Below, piece after piece: positions 63,501-64,000 of a DNA stretch of 64,000 nucleotides (position 1 is its first letter; each line of letters opens with the position of its first letter). This DNA comes from Syntrophales bacterium (GTDB taxonomy: Bacteria; Desulfobacterota; Syntrophia; Syntrophales; UBA4778). A program made the position numbers and the translations under genes. Location: NCBI GenBank assembly GCA_963665615.2, contig CAXXQE010000007.1:124001-188000 (forward strand), read 5' to 3'. The notes beneath the pieces were generated by a model, which saw only the letters and a list, made by a program, of their open reading frames with translations, was not told where the DNA came from and did not search any database.

Positions 63501-63999
63501 CTCCTGCCAATACGAAATCATTGCCTGTGCCTGCATAGACGACATCATCAGCACCGTCGATATGGGGAGCAAAATAATTCGTTATCCCCGTAATTACCGG
63601 TGTATATGTTGTGCCCTCACCACCCGAAGCAACATTTATCGTATATCCCCATGTATACGTTTCCGCGGTACCGGCCGTCATGCCTGTCTCAGAATCACTC
63701 TCGATCAGATCGTCACCGCCGCCGCCTACTATTAAATCTTTTCCCCATCCGCCCAAAAGGATGTCATAGCCGTTTGAGCCGTAGATATAGTTTTCTGTCG
63801 CATTGGCTACGACAATAATATCCCCCTTCAGGCCGCTATCCTGAGCTGTTTCTCCATTGGCGATTAATGTTTCCATCTCGCCATAAGAATCACCGAACAA
63901 TCGATTATTCCCTGCATTGCTTCCGAATATTATGTCGCTTCCTGAGCCGCCCTCAATCAGGCAATTAACGGATGAGTTAGCATCCAGGGCATCGTTGCC
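57595..63999 (-). CDS. giant RTX calcium-binding protein with two cadherin-like domains (T1SS substrate, probable adhesin); 5' end outside window
   Basis: Dozens of GGxGxDxLx nonapeptides, interspersed F.DG-ending beta domains, two LPSWLTFD cadherin/He_PIG-like domains, amphipathic C-terminus ending AGAWHS. The frame stays open from 63900 to the window edge (GNDALDANSSVNCLIEGGSGSD), so the protein is >2130 aa. Confidence 0.95.
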   Translation of the reverse strand, partial: GNDALDANSSVNCLIEGGSGSDIIFGSNAGNNRLFGDSYGEMETLIANGETAQDSGLKGDIIVVANATENYIYGSNGYDILLGGWGKDLIVGGGGDDLIESDSETGMTAGTAETYTWGYTINVASGGEGTTYTPVITGITNYFAPHIDGADDVVYAGTGNDFVLAGAGDDEVYGGAGIDTIFGEAGDDFIEGGDGDDILIGDNQYTSLPIEQHGNDYIDGGAGNDQIEGYGGSDDLFGGEGNDTIYGDGTGDSSVYFGDDYIDGEDGDDILIGAGGSDEIFGGDGNDLLAGDADNVLVIDHGDDYLDGEAGDDTLWGYGGSDTLYGGAGNDALYGDSDIDLAYQGDDYLDGEAGDDILFGYGGNDTLIGGDGNDTLYGGDGNNYFDAGEGNNIVVAGVGDDEIYAGSGNDQIQADDGNDYIDGGNGNNTITGGAGNDVILAGDGADSIWGGTGDDEIYAGAGNDVLYDEGGNSIIFGEDGDDRIETADGDGYLDGGAGNDIIIAGNGNDTVYGGVGDDYLQGDVNSSGNDYLSGDDGNDSILAGGGDDSLFGGSGDDYLDGGVGNDVYRFDSGDGYDRIYNAASDNAETTDVLEFGEGISIDKMSFIKQSGDLCIAFWESDDGIRLANWFSSPESRVDRFVFADGSELNSDQLAQIGFTVNGTAGSDTISGGAGADSLNGQGGSDVLIGGAGDDVYIFNVGAGSDTIQDSETGADKNVIRFGDEILPEELTVTAPDNNTLIIHYDGYGDKITLARDEDGKLPVSMLRYSDGSEISISNPIWGTNGDDAITVPENSDDLIFAGAGNDNIVSGAGDDAIYGGAGADCLNGESGNDIMLGGMGSDTYYFGLGSGQDKIIDMSEGEGTINRIVLTAGVSVDDLIIERSYNDVKLNINGTEDFVVLSKWYDRDSIDLITDENGATIDTDAFWNMDDIVYGTQADDALNGFAGDDTLYGYAGNDYLSGDEGDDILYGGGGWDDLMGGEGNDELYGGDGNDVLRDYYGNNLFDGGSGNDILSGVGGSNTYVFGLGYGIDSIASHPLYNRENELPVGKDTVVFGEWVTPDNIIVGSNLPSAVRYGGHAYSIDIACSEQDVARITNFMPETYPSQGYPDNITDFGVTRFVFNDGSVLNLEDILALSDRPDGWGDESWEWYDDPLSIRGSSMDDMLQDTDGDDDIYALEGNDTISASAGNDYLSGGIGDDLITGGVGCDIFIGGPGADSLYGEADNDIMMSGKGNDLMAGGAGDDNYIYYRGDGADTIQDVSTALEGNSLLFGDIYYEDIQGKIEVTDSAAIIRIGDGDEITLTGIDPETLLPTSHAVDIIGFADGQVMTFADLIAGNNPIIRGTDGDDILEGTSLDNIMEGYEGNDVLNGYDGNDTINGGAGDDTIDGGRGCDTLDGGDGHDIYVYGPGDGTDIIYDNDTKVIIYNINDGNILRFKNGITPSDLKLQLGSLLIRVGDNGDAIHLMNFDPNDARGPRTINFFEFSDGTVLTYDQLIDRGFDLDGSSGNDILRGTDVVDRIVSFGGDDQISSGDGDDVINGGTGSDSLIGGSGNDTYVFNLGDGVDTIIDVSTAVEGNKILFGEGVMAESLTFVRNGSVLTINYGNNGDSINLMNFDQDEIAGSLVVRTLQFADGSQANLTDFLNRAPVVSNPLAEQSTMEDETFSFTVPATTFADPDEGDTLTCSATLADGSALPSWLTFDPSTMTFSGMSSNDDVGILALKVTATDTSGASVSDVFNVTVLNVNDPPVIANPIADLSTMADAAFNFTVPAGTFTDVDAGDTLTYSATLSDGTNLPSWLTFDPATMTFSGMPNNDNVGVLSLNVAVTDSAGASTSDSFKLTIQTNLKTTYGTNGTDMIITGNDNDLIYALGGIDFVYSGGGNDRIYGGDGIDLLCGDGGNDMIDGGAGADVMLGCTGDDTYYVDNVYDTVIELYNEGTDTVMSSVTYTLGANVENLTLMRGTSIINGTGNALDNIITGNNANNILNGNAGNDTLNGGAGHDTLVGGSGNDTYFFANGSGTDIVTDSGADSSTQDLIKFQSNVLKESITIFQGTSDLSIAYGDTDKITVTSQTSSSYGIEKVQLDNGQYMTATDINQLIQNMATFATAHNLAFSSVNDVKASTDLMSMVAGAWHS

Positions 64000-64000
64000 G

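Noticed and set aside
63900..64000. Start codon of the RTX gene at 63900
   Set aside because: The frame remains open with RTX repeats to the window edge, so the true start lies outside the window.

Overview
This 64 kb window is mostly core chromosome from an anaerobic Gram-negative bacterium. Gene content and protein style (IorAB, family-I CoA transferase, Desulfovibrio-type Cys/His-LID adenylate kinase, EF-G2, hom-apgM, sigma-54 sites) suggest Desulfobacterota/Syntrophales; that placement is inference. Positions 1-39 kb carry housekeeping and metabolic genes (hemW, lepA, adk, ligA, fusA paralogue, recG, hom, apgM, iorAB, DnaJ, dnaE, guaB, dtd, CoA transferase) plus a few envelope and signalling genes. 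Positions 39.7-64 kb are an export-rich block: a TetR-MFP-RND operon whose RND is fused to a TolC-like domain, a MacAB-like ABC exporter, DegP/Q, and a type I secretion operon (giant RTX/cadherin protein cut by the window end, HlyB, HlyD, TolC/CyaE-like). I found no rRNA, tRNA, CRISPR array, transposase or phage gene. The most notable observations are: (1) an RND-TolC fusion with an apparent internal cleavable signal peptide, possibly a polyprotein; (2) a ~115-bp palindromic MITE/REP-like element read in frame into the N-terminus of the T1SS TolC, with a second partial copy in the same operon; (3) a butyrate kinase homologue lacking several catalytic motifs; (4) a double zinc-ribbon thioredoxin with no active-site CXXC; (5) a sigma-54-driven RHH-PilZ gene with candidate enhancer and IHF sites; (6) an orphan TonB receptor-YfiR pair; (7) heptamer arrays directly after stop codons. 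All calls come from reading motifs by eye; no database search was run.
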